DNA of 64,000 bases from a bacterium (GTDB lineage: Bacteria; Electryoneota; Electryoneia; Electryoneales; Electryoneaceae). The notes below the pieces were generated by a model. It had not been told where the DNA came from. It saw only the letters and a list, made by a program, of their open reading frames with translations, and searched no databases. Positions 10,782 to 19,405 of this stretch are shown here, one piece after another (within the stretch, counting starts at the first letter, position 1; each line of letters begins with the position of its first letter). Where the stretch lies: contig CAXXKJ010000002.1 of NCBI GenBank assembly GCA_963675295.2, positions 1,504,001 through 1,568,000 on the forward strand. Direction: 5' to 3'. The position numbers were made by a program, and so were the translations under genes.

Positions 10782-11582
10782 ATGAAGTCCGCGCTACTGT
10801 CCGCTTTTCTACTTCCGATCGTGATTCTACTGCTTGTCGTTTCTGGCTGTTCCGAAGGTGATGATTCCAGTCCAACATCTCCAGGCGAAAATGAAGATGA
10901 TCCGATTCTGCAGGTTTCGGTTACTTCTCTTGCGTTTGGTGAGGAGGAAACCACCCTTCAGTTCCTAGTCTCAAATGGTGGTGGTCAAGAGCTGGAATGG
11001 ACAATCACCACGAACTCCGATTGGATTGAAGTCTTCCCGGCGGCAGGTGTGACGCGTGAGGAAAATGATGCGGTAAGTGTGACTATCGATCGTGCAGATA
11101 TGGTACATGGTGATTATTCTGGCACCATCGCACTGACAACAACGGATGGACAGAACTGGACAATTAATGCTACTATGATCGTTCCAGCTCCAGATCCGGT
11201 TCTGCTTTGGAGTTGGGAAAACAAAACGTTGGATGAAAATTACTACACGTCCAGTAGTGTAGTTGAAATCCCATATGATGGGCTTCTAGCCATGAACATG
11301 GAACTGCATGAGTGGCCCGAGCACTATGGGCTTGAACTATTGGTTATGTCGCCCGCCGAGTACACCCACTACACGAACGGTGATGGTTTTACGGTCTATT
11401 GGCACGAAACGATATCCACTGAAGGTACGCATATTCGTGTCGCACCTGGTCTGATTGCTGGTGGAACCATGGTGAGGATTGTTGTCGACAACACTAACCT
11501 GGGTTGGGAAGATACCGATTTCGACTTCTTTAGTGATGACGCACTGTTCGATCTTGAAGTTGCGATTGGGCCTGTAGATTAG
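10782..11582 (+). CDS. Lipoprotein with BACON-like Ig domain
   Basis: ATG 10782 after a G-rich RBS; lipobox LVVSGC; 'SNGGGQELEWTITTNSDWIEV' BACON-like pattern. Confidence 0.7.
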   Translation: MKSALLSAFLLPIVILLLVVSGCSEGDDSSPTSPGENEDDPILQVSVTSLAFGEEETTLQFLVSNGGGQELEWTITTNSDWIEVFPAAGVTREENDAVSVTIDRADMVHGDYSGTIALTTTDGQNWTINATMIVPAPDPVLLWSWENKTLDENYYTSSSVVEIPYDGLLAMNMELHEWPEHYGLELLVMSPAEYTHYTNGDGFTVYWHETISTEGTHIRVAPGLIAGGTMVRIVVDNTNLGWEDTDFDFFSDDALFDLEVAIGPVD

Positions 11583-11668
11583 TGATTTAAAGGCAGGCGG
11601 TAGGTGGCCTGACTATTCGCTGCTATGGTCGGGTATCATGGTGTTTACGTGAACTATCGGAGGATATA

Positions 11669-12049
11669 ATGCGGATATTGTTAATCTTCATTTCAGTGTG
11701 CATGATAGTGTCTTGTACTACTTTGGATTCAATACGCGCAAAGAATAGGGAATAATTATTAGTCTTGTCAGTAGGTATGTCAAAACAAGAAGTATTGGGG
11801 GTCATGGGAACGGAAACCGTTACTAGTGACCGCGGAGATGTGATAACTAATCCTTATCGCACGGAAATGTACAGATCCAATAGTCACTCCTTTGAACTCC
11901 TCCTATATTACACTGACAAAAAGAGGGCTGATGGTGCAATAACCGATGACGAGTTGACCCCAATTATCTTGAAGGATGGCAAACTAGAAGGTTGGGGCTG
12001 GTCATACTGGGAAGGGCTCGTTGAAACTTATGAGTTACATGTCAGGTAG
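11669..12049 (+). pseudogene. DUF3192-like lipoprotein with premature TAA
   Basis: GGAGG RBS and ATG 11669; lipobox-like MIVSC; in-frame TAA at 11753-11755; frame continues LSVGMSKQEVLGVMG...DGAITDDELTPIILKDGKLEGWG (DUF3192-like). Confidence 0.7.
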
Positions 12050-12138
12050 TGTAATTGCTCATTGAGAACAAATTCAACAGGTGGCTTGGGGCTTTTGTCT
12101 CGGATGGATTTCAACCTACTACAGGTTAACTAGTAGTA

Positions 12139-12798
12139 ATGAAGGAGAAAAGGATGGGATATCTTCCAAAATTGTATCCGAAGGAGCTATGGTGGTCTGG
12201 GAAGTTATTCATTGCAGAAGCACAAGCAATTGTCAAAGCTATACCTAATTTAAAAGACGACCCCGGCCGAATGTGGGTACTGCAACGTTTAATAGAGAGG
12301 GGGATATGCGTTGCGTTGGGTTTGCCTGTAGTATTAAGCGAGGAGAATACTAAAGAACATAAAGAATTAAAGCGATTCCTCCCCGACGGGTTCCCTTGGC
12401 AAAAAGAAGGAAATGATCCAAAGTATTTATTGGAAAAAGCAGAGCAAATATTTTTTAGAATATTTTATGAACAGGAATATGATGAATATTGTGAAGGTCA
12501 AGGTTTTGAAGATAAAGACATAGACTGGTTTATGGATTTGTTAGAGATATCAGAAAGTGAAGCAGAAGAAGTAATGAACAATATGGATATTGACGTGAAT
12601 GATTCACGTATAGATGTGAAACTTCGAGAACGGGTAAAAGCGGTAAACGAAGCAATCGATGAAGAGATTGATGAAGAGATTTATGATTATATGAAATATG
12701 AGTTTGATGGATTTTGGAAAATACACGAATCAGGACTCTTTGACGGTATACCCAATGGATGGAATGTATGTCGTGCCGATAATTGTTCTGAAATATAA
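12139..12798 (+). CDS. Hypothetical acidic protein (start may be 12153)
   Basis: 219-aa AT-rich ORF with a D/E-rich C-terminal half; no recognisable family. Confidence 0.6.
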   Translation: MKEKRMGYLPKLYPKELWWSGKLFIAEAQAIVKAIPNLKDDPGRMWVLQRLIERGICVALGLPVVLSEENTKEHKELKRFLPDGFPWQKEGNDPKYLLEKAEQIFFRIFYEQEYDEYCEGQGFEDKDIDWFMDLLEISESEAEEVMNNMDIDVNDSRIDVKLRERVKAVNEAIDEEIDEEIYDYMKYEFDGFWKIHESGLFDGIPNGWNVCRADNCSEI

Positions 12799-13301
12799 CT
12801 ACTAGCTTCGTAAAATGAAATCCAGTGAAATGAACCGTGATTGTATGCGGAAGATTAAACAGTCCAAAGATAACTTGCGCGGCTGGAAACCCGAGAGACA
12901 TCCAAAAAACCAAACAACACAAGCAAGCAACATTTCAGTACACGACCAATATACCAACAAAGTGTAAGTCATTGTTATAACACTTAATGTTGTTAATTTG
13001 TTTCGTTCGTGTTATACGGTGAGGACCACATCCCACGCCGACACTTTTGATCAATCCTTCCTCTACCATCTTCGTTCAGCAGCCGGGTCAGGTACGACTT
13101 GTTTGTATCGATGGCTGACCCGATGTCTGAACTGCACATCGCATTTCCTTCCCGTGCATGCGTCTCGACAAGCTGGCAACGCTTGCCATCAGTGGGCTTG
13201 CCCCATCATCAATTTTCACCAGTCGTATAGGTCACTTTGATTAGATTGGTAAAGTGATGATAGTTTGTTGATTCAATTTGTGAAATTGATCAGCGGCAAG
13301 C

Positions 13302-13331
13302 TAAAAGGGGGCGACGATGATCGTCCCCTCG
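13302..13331 (-). terminator. Rho-independent terminator of the phage-like operon
   Basis: Minus strand reads GAGGGGACGATCATCGTCGCCCCCTTTT directly after the small ORF's stop. Confidence 0.6.
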
Positions 13332-13336
13332 TTCAT

Positions 13337-13438
13337 TCACCACTTCGACTTGATCCACTTCATCAGGACCGTTGCACCTTCAATCGCGGCCTCCGCAACC
13401 TTACCGATTTCGCGCCAGGGAAGACGTGCCAGTATCAT
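13337..13438 (-). CDS. 33-aa amphipathic peptide MILARLPWREIGKVAEAAIEGATVLMKWIKSKW
   Basis: ATG overlaps the upstream stop (TGATG) and the ORF ends just before a terminator. Below the ORF-track length cutoff. Confidence 0.55.
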   Translation of the reverse strand: MILARLPWREIGKVAEAAIEGATVLMKWIKSKW

Positions 13439-14187
13439 CAGTTGCCCTCCCGGGATACGCGGTCGCCTGGATCATCAAAATCCTGTTCATGGATCAAACC
13501 AAACGCCTGACGGCATTCTTCGCGCAGCTGCATAGCAACGTCCAGTTCCTGCTGCGTCACGACACGGTCAATACTGCACTGGACTTCTGCCCAGCGGTAG
13601 CCGTTGCGTTGAACGTCTGACAAACTGAACCGCGTGATGACTGCGATTGCTGGTGCTTTGCTGCGGGCAAGCCGTTGCAAGTGGTTGCGCCAGTGCTTGA
13701 TCGAAGTTGGCGACAGGTTGAAAACCACCAACTGTGGCTTGGTTTCAAGGTACGTCAACACGAACAAGCGTACCTTATCCTTGGCTTGCGATGCCAGATG
13801 CATGGAACCGCCACCGCTGATGATCTTTCCGTCGATGGCGCTGTATCGTGGGATCTGTTCACCTTCTACCCACAAGGCGCTGACCGTCTGGCTGAACACG
13901 ACGATCCCGCTGAAGACATTATCGGGTACATCAACCTGGTCTTCCTGATTTTCGTCGTAGGACTCACCGTTGTCGATGAACATGCGATGCCGGCCAGATG
14001 GACTGTGGTCGATGCGGACACGTACCAACGACGGCGGGATGTTTTCCATCATCGCTGCGACTTCGGTTTCGATGTCGATGTTGTCCAGATTGTTGATGGC
14101 ATCCAAGACAACAACGCCCGATTCATCAGAACCAGGCTTCTGTCGTGCAGGAGCACCGTTTCGTTTTTTTGTGTTTTGTTGTGTCAT
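13438..14187 (-). CDS. Phage-type hypothetical protein, possibly ssDNA-binding
   Basis: Coupled to the nuclease gene (ATGA overlap). 'VVFNLSPTSIKHWRNHL...VITRFSL....NGYRWAEV' pattern and acidic tail. Function is inferred. Confidence 0.55.
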   Translation of the reverse strand: MTQQNTKKRNGAPARQKPGSDESGVVVLDAINNLDNIDIETEVAAMMENIPPSLVRVRIDHSPSGRHRMFIDNGESYDENQEDQVDVPDNVFSGIVVFSQTVSALWVEGEQIPRYSAIDGKIISGGGSMHLASQAKDKVRLFVLTYLETKPQLVVFNLSPTSIKHWRNHLQRLARSKAPAIAVITRFSLSDVQRNGYRWAEVQCSIDRVVTQQELDVAMQLREECRQAFGLIHEQDFDDPGDRVSREGN

Positions 14188-15092
14188 GCAGCTTCCTCCA
14201 TAGGAAGGGTGAGTGTTTCAATCGAACGGATCTGCTTGGACGACAAGCCGTCACCCTGCGCATTTGACAAACAGACATCCGCAAACGCACACGCAGGACA
14301 ATTGATCATACCTGGGTTACGTGGAAACACACCACGGTTGATGTTGCTGGCGATTGCAGCCAGGTCACGCTTCAGTGACATCAGCTGTTTTCGACTACGA
14401 CTGGTGAAACGACGCGGGTCACCCCGTTCATCACCGGCAACAAACCCGTTGCCATTACGCTTGTACGGAATGTGATCCCGGAGCTGATAGTAGACGATAT
14501 CCAACTGTTCAGGCGGGATTTCCAACATTCGCATCGTACCGTCTGGCATCTTGAAAACACCACGCCAGCAAGCCAACGCATACAATCCAAGCTGGTAATC
14601 CAGATCCAAGAACTGCTGGTTCGGTGGGAATTTCGATGACTTGAAATCCAGCAACTGCCAACGGTCACCATCCTGGCGGATCTGATCCACCGTTCCACTG
14701 AAGACATTCCGTCCGACCTTCAGCATGAACGTGGCTTCAGACAGGATCACGTCCGCATCACGGTTGTAGTCCTTGTCCCTGTAGTTGCCGAGCATCTGCA
14801 CCGCTTCTTCGATCAGGCTGGATAGGGTCGCATCCCGCTCCTCCTTATAGAAGACAGGTATTTCAGCTTCATCCCCACGGAATTCCTCGTGGTCGAACCG
14901 TTCCCGGTATCTGGATTCGATGTCCAGATCCCAGTTCACCAGGTGCATCTCTTCGATCAACTGGTGCAGCACACGGCCATGCAGTGCAGCCACTGACCGG
15001 AAGGCTGAAGGGATTTGATCGATGTATCGGTACTTGAAGCTGGCAGGGCACCACAGGTAGGATTTGATGAGGGATTGACGTAGAACGTCGAT
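14184..15092 (-). CDS. PD-(D/E)XK nuclease, RecB/AddB/Cas4-like with Fe-S cysteines (probable ATC start)
   Basis: GTVDQI...LLDFKSS, QLGLYALA and C-terminal CPACAFADVC. The N-terminal SLIKSYLWCPASFKYRY motif lies in frame upstream of the GTG at 14993. Confidence 0.85.
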   Translation of the reverse strand: MDVLRQSLIKSYLWCPASFKYRYIDQIPSAFRSVAALHGRVLHQLIEEMHLVNWDLDIESRYRERFDHEEFRGDEAEIPVFYKEERDATLSSLIEEAVQMLGNYRDKDYNRDADVILSEATFMLKVGRNVFSGTVDQIRQDGDRWQLLDFKSSKFPPNQQFLDLDYQLGLYALACWRGVFKMPDGTMRMLEIPPEQLDIVYYQLRDHIPYKRNGNGFVAGDERGDPRRFTSRSRKQLMSLKRDLAAIASNINRGVFPRNPGMINCPACAFADVCLSNAQGDGLSSKQIRSIETLTLPMEEAA

Positions 15093-15112
15093 AGATGATC
15101 ACCCCCTCTCGG

Positions 15113-15871
15113 TCAATTAGGTGACAGAAAATATTGCGACACGCGCCGGTTCAGGTTTTCAGCGCTGAAACGTTCCTGCTTGGTCAGCACGTCCGTTGCC
15201 GCGTTGTACACGCCCCACGCTGTATCGTCTTCGATACCGTTGAACACCTTGGCCTGGGTAGTGATCGGCAGGTTGGTTTCGCGGAAGAACTTCTGGATGT
15301 CCGCACGTCGCATCCGTTTGTGCGTCAGGTCAACCAGCATCGGTAGCACCATGTGCAGACGGTTGCTTACACGGTCCAGTTGACGGGCTGCAACACGCAG
15401 TTCGCGGTCGAAGTTCTGGCTTCCCCAGTGTTTGAACCGGAATCCGCCAAGCATGAACGACAACATCATGCCGTTGCTGCAGACCAGACGGACTGCGTTG
15501 AACTCCAAGCCAAAGGTGGTGGAGCCGTCGTAGCTGTTGACTGCATCCAACGTACACGCGACAACATCACCTACCTTCACTTCACCGGTTGTCTGTGACA
15601 GCAGATACCGCTGCCGGAACTTCTTCCCGTTCCACAACGTCTGGTGCTCGTCAACGGGCATTCCCGTCCTGCCCAACAAGTCTTCCGCCACTTGCACAAC
15701 CTCGCTGTTTTTCACGAGCTTGTATTCGGGGGATACCACCCCCACTTCCGTGGCATCAGCGTTGGGATTCAACACCACAGCAAGTCGGCTGCTATGATCC
15801 CCGTTTGCCCTGCGAAGTGGTTGCAGTTCGACAGGCGCGAAGGGGGATAGCGCTGTCTTTGAATCGGTCAT
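15113..15871 (-). CDS. DUF932-like phage/plasmid protein
   Basis: VGVVSPEYKLVKNSEV, NSYDGS, RLVCSNGM, TAWGVYNAAT motifs. Confidence 0.75.
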   Translation of the reverse strand: MTDSKTALSPFAPVELQPLRRANGDHSSRLAVVLNPNADATEVGVVSPEYKLVKNSEVVQVAEDLLGRTGMPVDEHQTLWNGKKFRQRYLLSQTTGEVKVGDVVACTLDAVNSYDGSTTFGLEFNAVRLVCSNGMMLSFMLGGFRFKHWGSQNFDRELRVAARQLDRVSNRLHMVLPMLVDLTHKRMRRADIQKFFRETNLPITTQAKVFNGIEDDTAWGVYNAATDVLTKQERFSAENLNRRVSQYFLSPN

Positions 15872-15908
15872 ACGTCCTCCTGTTTGCTTTGTCTGGGTAC
15901 ATGTTCTT

Positions 15909-16580
15909 ATGCCGGAAAACAGGACTATGATTCACTATCACTACATCGATTCACCGCCATCACCGAAGCGGCTCGTGCTGGAACTAGATCAAGGGAGTCC
16001 GGATTATCCTTTCGGATCGATTAACTTGATCTATGGAGGGCGAATTCAGAATCCGGCCATCCTCAGCAATAGAATGGAGGAGGCTGGTAGTCTAGTGCAG
16101 GAAGACTTACTTGTCCTATCTGAAGTTTTAGAAGCAGGCGATGTTATCACCATTGAACTGCGGAAAAACCATGTACTCGAAGACATCTTACTAGATCAGA
16201 TACATGATCTAGTCGAGCTGGTGTACGATTCTGGGAAGCGCTACCGGATGCTATACTGGATTAAAGTAGGACGTACCGGTGTGTTTAGTATGAAAGCGCG
16301 GGTGGTGCAAGACAAAAAGGGGTCAGCGAGCAAGATTGGGAAGATCAGGGCGAACATGAAGGATCATGTTTATCGAGACTTCCTTGCGAAGCAGGTGCGC
16401 GTAGGAAGTGGTGTGCCCCGACATGAATGGCCCCAGCTAATGACGTTTGCTGAGGCAGCTGAGTATACCGGTTTTTCGGTTTCTACTCTTCGCCGAGAGT
16501 CACCAGAAGACCTACCTAGATTCAGGCGGAAGCTGCGAAAAAAGGATCTGGACAAATTTCTGGAGAGGAAGGGGAAATGA
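15909..16580 (+). CDS. DNA-binding protein with C-terminal excisionase/MerR-like HTH (start may be 15927)
   Basis: C-terminal LMTFAEAAEYTGFSVSTLRR...RKKDLDKFL; divergent from the DUF932 operon; at the island edge. Confidence 0.65.
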   Translation: MPENRTMIHYHYIDSPPSPKRLVLELDQGSPDYPFGSINLIYGGRIQNPAILSNRMEEAGSLVQEDLLVLSEVLEAGDVITIELRKNHVLEDILLDQIHDLVELVYDSGKRYRMLYWIKVGRTGVFSMKARVVQDKKGSASKIGKIRANMKDHVYRDFLAKQVRVGSGVPRHEWPQLMTFAEAAEYTGFSVSTLRRESPEDLPRFRRKLRKKDLDKFLERKGK

Positions 16581-16756
16581 CCGTGTATAAAAATCTAGCT
16601 TCGCGGGCTCGTGACAAATTCGTGCCAAAAAAATGAACGCGAGAAGCATCGAGAGGCATCGAGGTGCATCGGGGAATTCCTTCTATCCCGCATCATTACT
16701 GGATTATTCAATGTATGCCACATCAGCAGCGGATTTCGAAAAAACGGCTTCGGAGT

Positions 16757-16773
16757 ATCCCTCATCCTCCACA
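16757..16773 (+). other. Candidate att site (tRNA 3'-end-like fragment ATCCCTCATCCTCCAC)
   Basis: Resembles the T-arm/acceptor 3' half of tRNA-Ser-type genes; followed by a terminator hairpin; coincides with the GC shift. Confidence 0.4.
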
Positions 16774-16783
16774 TCGAGAGAAT

Positions 16784-16816
16784 ACCCGGGTTCGACGAGC
16801 CCGGGTTTCGCATTTT
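16784..16816 (+). terminator. Hairpin terminator
   Basis: ACCCGGG-ttcgacgag-CCCGGGT followed by TTCGCATTTT. Confidence 0.55.
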
Positions 16817-16851
16817 CCTCACACCCCACACCTCACACTCTATGCCAGGTA

Positions 16852-17862
16852 TCACCTCGCATCGTACGCATCCACCCCGTACGGCGGGTGGCCGAGCACG
16901 GGATGCGGCACATACGGCGCCTCGAGCGCGGCGATGGTGTCGTCGTCCAATTCGAGACCGGTCGCGGCGGCGGCTTCGTCCAGGTGTGACGCTTTGGTTG
17001 AGCCGATGATCGGCGCGACAACGCCCTCCTTTTGCAGCATCCACGCCAGCGCGATCTGAGACGGGCTGTACTCGGTCTGAGCCGCGATGTCGTGCAGCGC
17101 CTGGACCACTTCGCGGTCGCCGGGCTGGTTGTACATCTTCTGTGCGTAGCTGTCGGATTTCGCTCGGGCGGTGGGCTGGGCTTCGTCGGGGAAGCGTCCC
17201 CCGGCGAGGTAGCCGCGTGCCAGCGGGCTCCACGGTACGACGCCAATTCCTTCCTCAACGCAGAGCGGCATCATCTCGCGTTCTTCTTCCCGGTACAGCA
17301 GGTTGTAATGGTTCTGCATCGCGACGAAACGGCTGAACCCCAGTGCGTCGGCGGTGTACAGGGCCTTCGCGAACTGGAAGGCGTACATGCTGGATGCGCC
17401 GATGTAACGGATTTTGCCGTCCCGGATCAGCGTGTGCAGCGCCTCGAGGGTTTCCTCGATCGGTGTGCGGTAGTTCCAGCGGTGGATGTAGTAGACGTCG
17501 AGGTAGTCGGTGTTCAGCCGGCGCAGCGAGTTCTCGCACGCCGCGACGATGTGTTTACGGCTCAGCCCGCGGTCGTTGGGATCGTCGCTCATCGGGAAAT
17601 ACACCTTGGAGGCGATCACCAGCTGGTCACGCGGGGCGAGGTCGGCGAGGATGCGTCCGGTAACGCGTTCCGATTCGCCAAAAGAATACATGTCGGCGGT
17701 GTCGTAGAAGGTGACGCCGAGTTCCCAGGCGCGTTGCACCAGCGGACGCGCGTCCTCTTCGCCGAGGATCCAGTCACGCCAGTTCGGGTCGCCGTAGGTC
17801 ATCATGCCGAGGCAGATGCGCGAAACAACGAGGCCGGTGTTGCCGAGTGTGGTGTATTGCAT
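16852..17862 (-). CDS. Aldo/keto reductase (YajO-like)
   Basis: MQYTTLGNTGLVVSRICLGMMTYG, DTADMYS, GKIRYIGASSM, PWSPLARG; start moved to ATG 17862. Confidence 0.92.
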   Translation of the reverse strand: MQYTTLGNTGLVVSRICLGMMTYGDPNWRDWILGEEDARPLVQRAWELGVTFYDTADMYSFGESERVTGRILADLAPRDQLVIASKVYFPMSDDPNDRGLSRKHIVAACENSLRRLNTDYLDVYYIHRWNYRTPIEETLEALHTLIRDGKIRYIGASSMYAFQFAKALYTADALGFSRFVAMQNHYNLLYREEEREMMPLCVEEGIGVVPWSPLARGYLAGGRFPDEAQPTARAKSDSYAQKMYNQPGDREVVQALHDIAAQTEYSPSQIALAWMLQKEGVVAPIIGSTKASHLDEAAAATGLELDDDTIAALEAPYVPHPVLGHPPYGVDAYDAR

Positions 17863-17953
17863 GGTGGTCTCCCGGGAGTGTGTGAGATTCAACCGTATCA
17901 GACGGTACAACAGCGTGTGGCTGGGCGAAACGGAAGCGCGGCGGGTTTGATCG

Positions 17954-19405
17954 TCACCCGAGTGAGTGCTCCGCGCTTCTCGCGATGTTGCGGATCATCG
18001 CGCGGAAGACGTAGGCGTGGAACGGCCAGATCGAATACCAGTACAGCAGTCCGCCGAGGCCGAGGGGGTCAAAAATCGCGGTCTGGTGGATGGTCGAGCC
18101 TCCGTCCTTCCGTGGTATCACCTCGTATTGCAGCCAGGCGCGGCCCGGCAGCCGCATCTCGGCGTACAAACGCAGCAGATGGTTGGGTTCGATCGCTTCG
18201 ACGCGCCAGAAGTCGATGGTGTCGCCGACGGAAACATGCAAGGGGTCACGCCGTCCCCGGCGCATCCCGGCTCCTCCGACGAACAGGTCGAGCAATCCGC
18301 GCAGCTGCCAGAGGAAATCGGCGGCGTAGTAGCCCTGTTTCCCGCCGATGCGTTGGATCGGCAGGAACGCTTGTTCGGGGGGTACGTCAACGTCCCGCGA
18401 CCGCATATCGATCAGCCGGTTGCCGAAACGGACGCCTCCCAGCTTGGGTTTGTCCAGCGAGGAAACCGCGTCGCTCCAGCGAGTTTCGAACACCTGCCGC
18501 TCTTCTTCTTCCCATGCATGTTGCAGCGCTTCGCGGATGGAAACGGGTTGAACGGAAAAATCCTGGCGTGCGCGTTCGGTTTTGACCACGGTCTCGTTCT
18601 TGACGCCTTCGAGCAGTTTCTGGCCGACCTGGGCGTACACCGGGGTAACCAGACCGAGCCACAGGCTGGACAACTTCGGAGAGAGGATCGGGACCGGGAG
18701 AATGAACCGTTTGAGTCCACGCAGGCGAGCGTATTCGGTCATCAGGCCCTGGTAGCTGACGGTTTCCGGCGCACCGATCTCGTAGATGCGGTGTTCGGGG
18801 GCGGTGAACTCCAGGTCCAGCGACGCCTCGAGGTAGCTGAGGACGTCCTCAACGGCGATCGGTTGGGTTCGCACACGAGTCCAGCGTGGCGTAACCATGA
18901 CCGGCAGTTTCCGCACCAGCGCACGGATCATTTCGTAAGACAGGCTGCCCGCACCAAGGATGATGCCGGCGCGCAGCTCGACCAGCTCCAGGCCGGAATC
19001 GGCGAGCACACGTCCGACTTCGTGCCGGCTGGCGAGGTGGGGCGACAGCGACTCGCCGTGGCCGAGGCCGCCGAGGTAGATGATCCGTTTGACGCCAGCG
19101 TCACGAGCCGCACGGGCAAAGCTGCGGGCGCCGTTCAGCTCTTCGGCGAAGAACCCTTCCTTTTTCGCGAGGGCGTGGACGAGATAGTACGCCGTGTGCA
19201 CACCGCTCAGCGCGGAACGCAGCGAATCGAGATCGAGGACATCTCCCTGCACCGCTTCGATCGTGTCGCCGAAACGGTCACGAAGCGTTTCCGGGCGGCG
19301 TGAGACACAGCGGACGTGTTCGCCGCGCGTCAGCAGGCGCTGCAGCAGCCTGCCGCCAACGTATCCGGTCGCGCCGGTGAGCAGGATGGTCCGTTTCGCT
19401 ACGAT
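17954..19405 (-). CDS. NAD(P)-binding SDR with DUF2867 domain (YbjT-like; probable ATC start)
   Basis: In-frame Rossmann motif ILLTGATGYVGGRL lies upstream of the first canonical start. Also RTQPIAVEDVL, GDTIDFWRVE and EMRLPGRAWL. Confidence 0.88.
   Translation of the reverse strand: MVAKRTILLTGATGYVGGRLLQRLLTRGEHVRCVSRRPETLRDRFGDTIEAVQGDVLDLDSLRSALSGVHTAYYLVHALAKKEGFFAEELNGARSFARAARDAGVKRIIYLGGLGHGESLSPHLASRHEVGRVLADSGLELVELRAGIILGAGSLSYEMIRALVRKLPVMVTPRWTRVRTQPIAVEDVLSYLEASLDLEFTAPEHRIYEIGAPETVSYQGLMTEYARLRGLKRFILPVPILSPKLSSLWLGLVTPVYAQVGQKLLEGVKNETVVKTERARQDFSVQPVSIREALQHAWEEEERQVFETRWSDAVSSLDKPKLGGVRFGNRLIDMRSRDVDVPPEQAFLPIQRIGGKQGYYAADFLWQLRGLLDLFVGGAGMRRGRRDPLHVSVGDTIDFWRVEAIEPNHLLRLYAEMRLPGRAWLQYEVIPRKDGGSTIHQTAIFDPLGLGGLLYWYSIWPFHAYVFRAMIRNIARSAEHSLG

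Larger units (their letters stand above)
1..16773. mobile_element. Putative integrated genomic island (right part only), carrying Zorya and a phage-like recombination module
   Basis: Abrupt shift from balanced/AT-richer to GC-rich sequence near 16.8 kb. Defence, pseudogene and phage-type genes. Excisionase-like HTH gene at the edge and an att-like sequence. No integrase is present in the window. Confidence 0.7.

Noticed and set aside
14184-15092. Cas4 of a CRISPR-Cas system
   Set aside because: Stand-alone RecB/Cas4-like nuclease in a phage-type operon, with no array or other cas genes.
16740-16780. Complete tRNA gene
   Set aside because: Only a 3'-end-like fragment is visible; no D-arm or anticodon arm could be folded.
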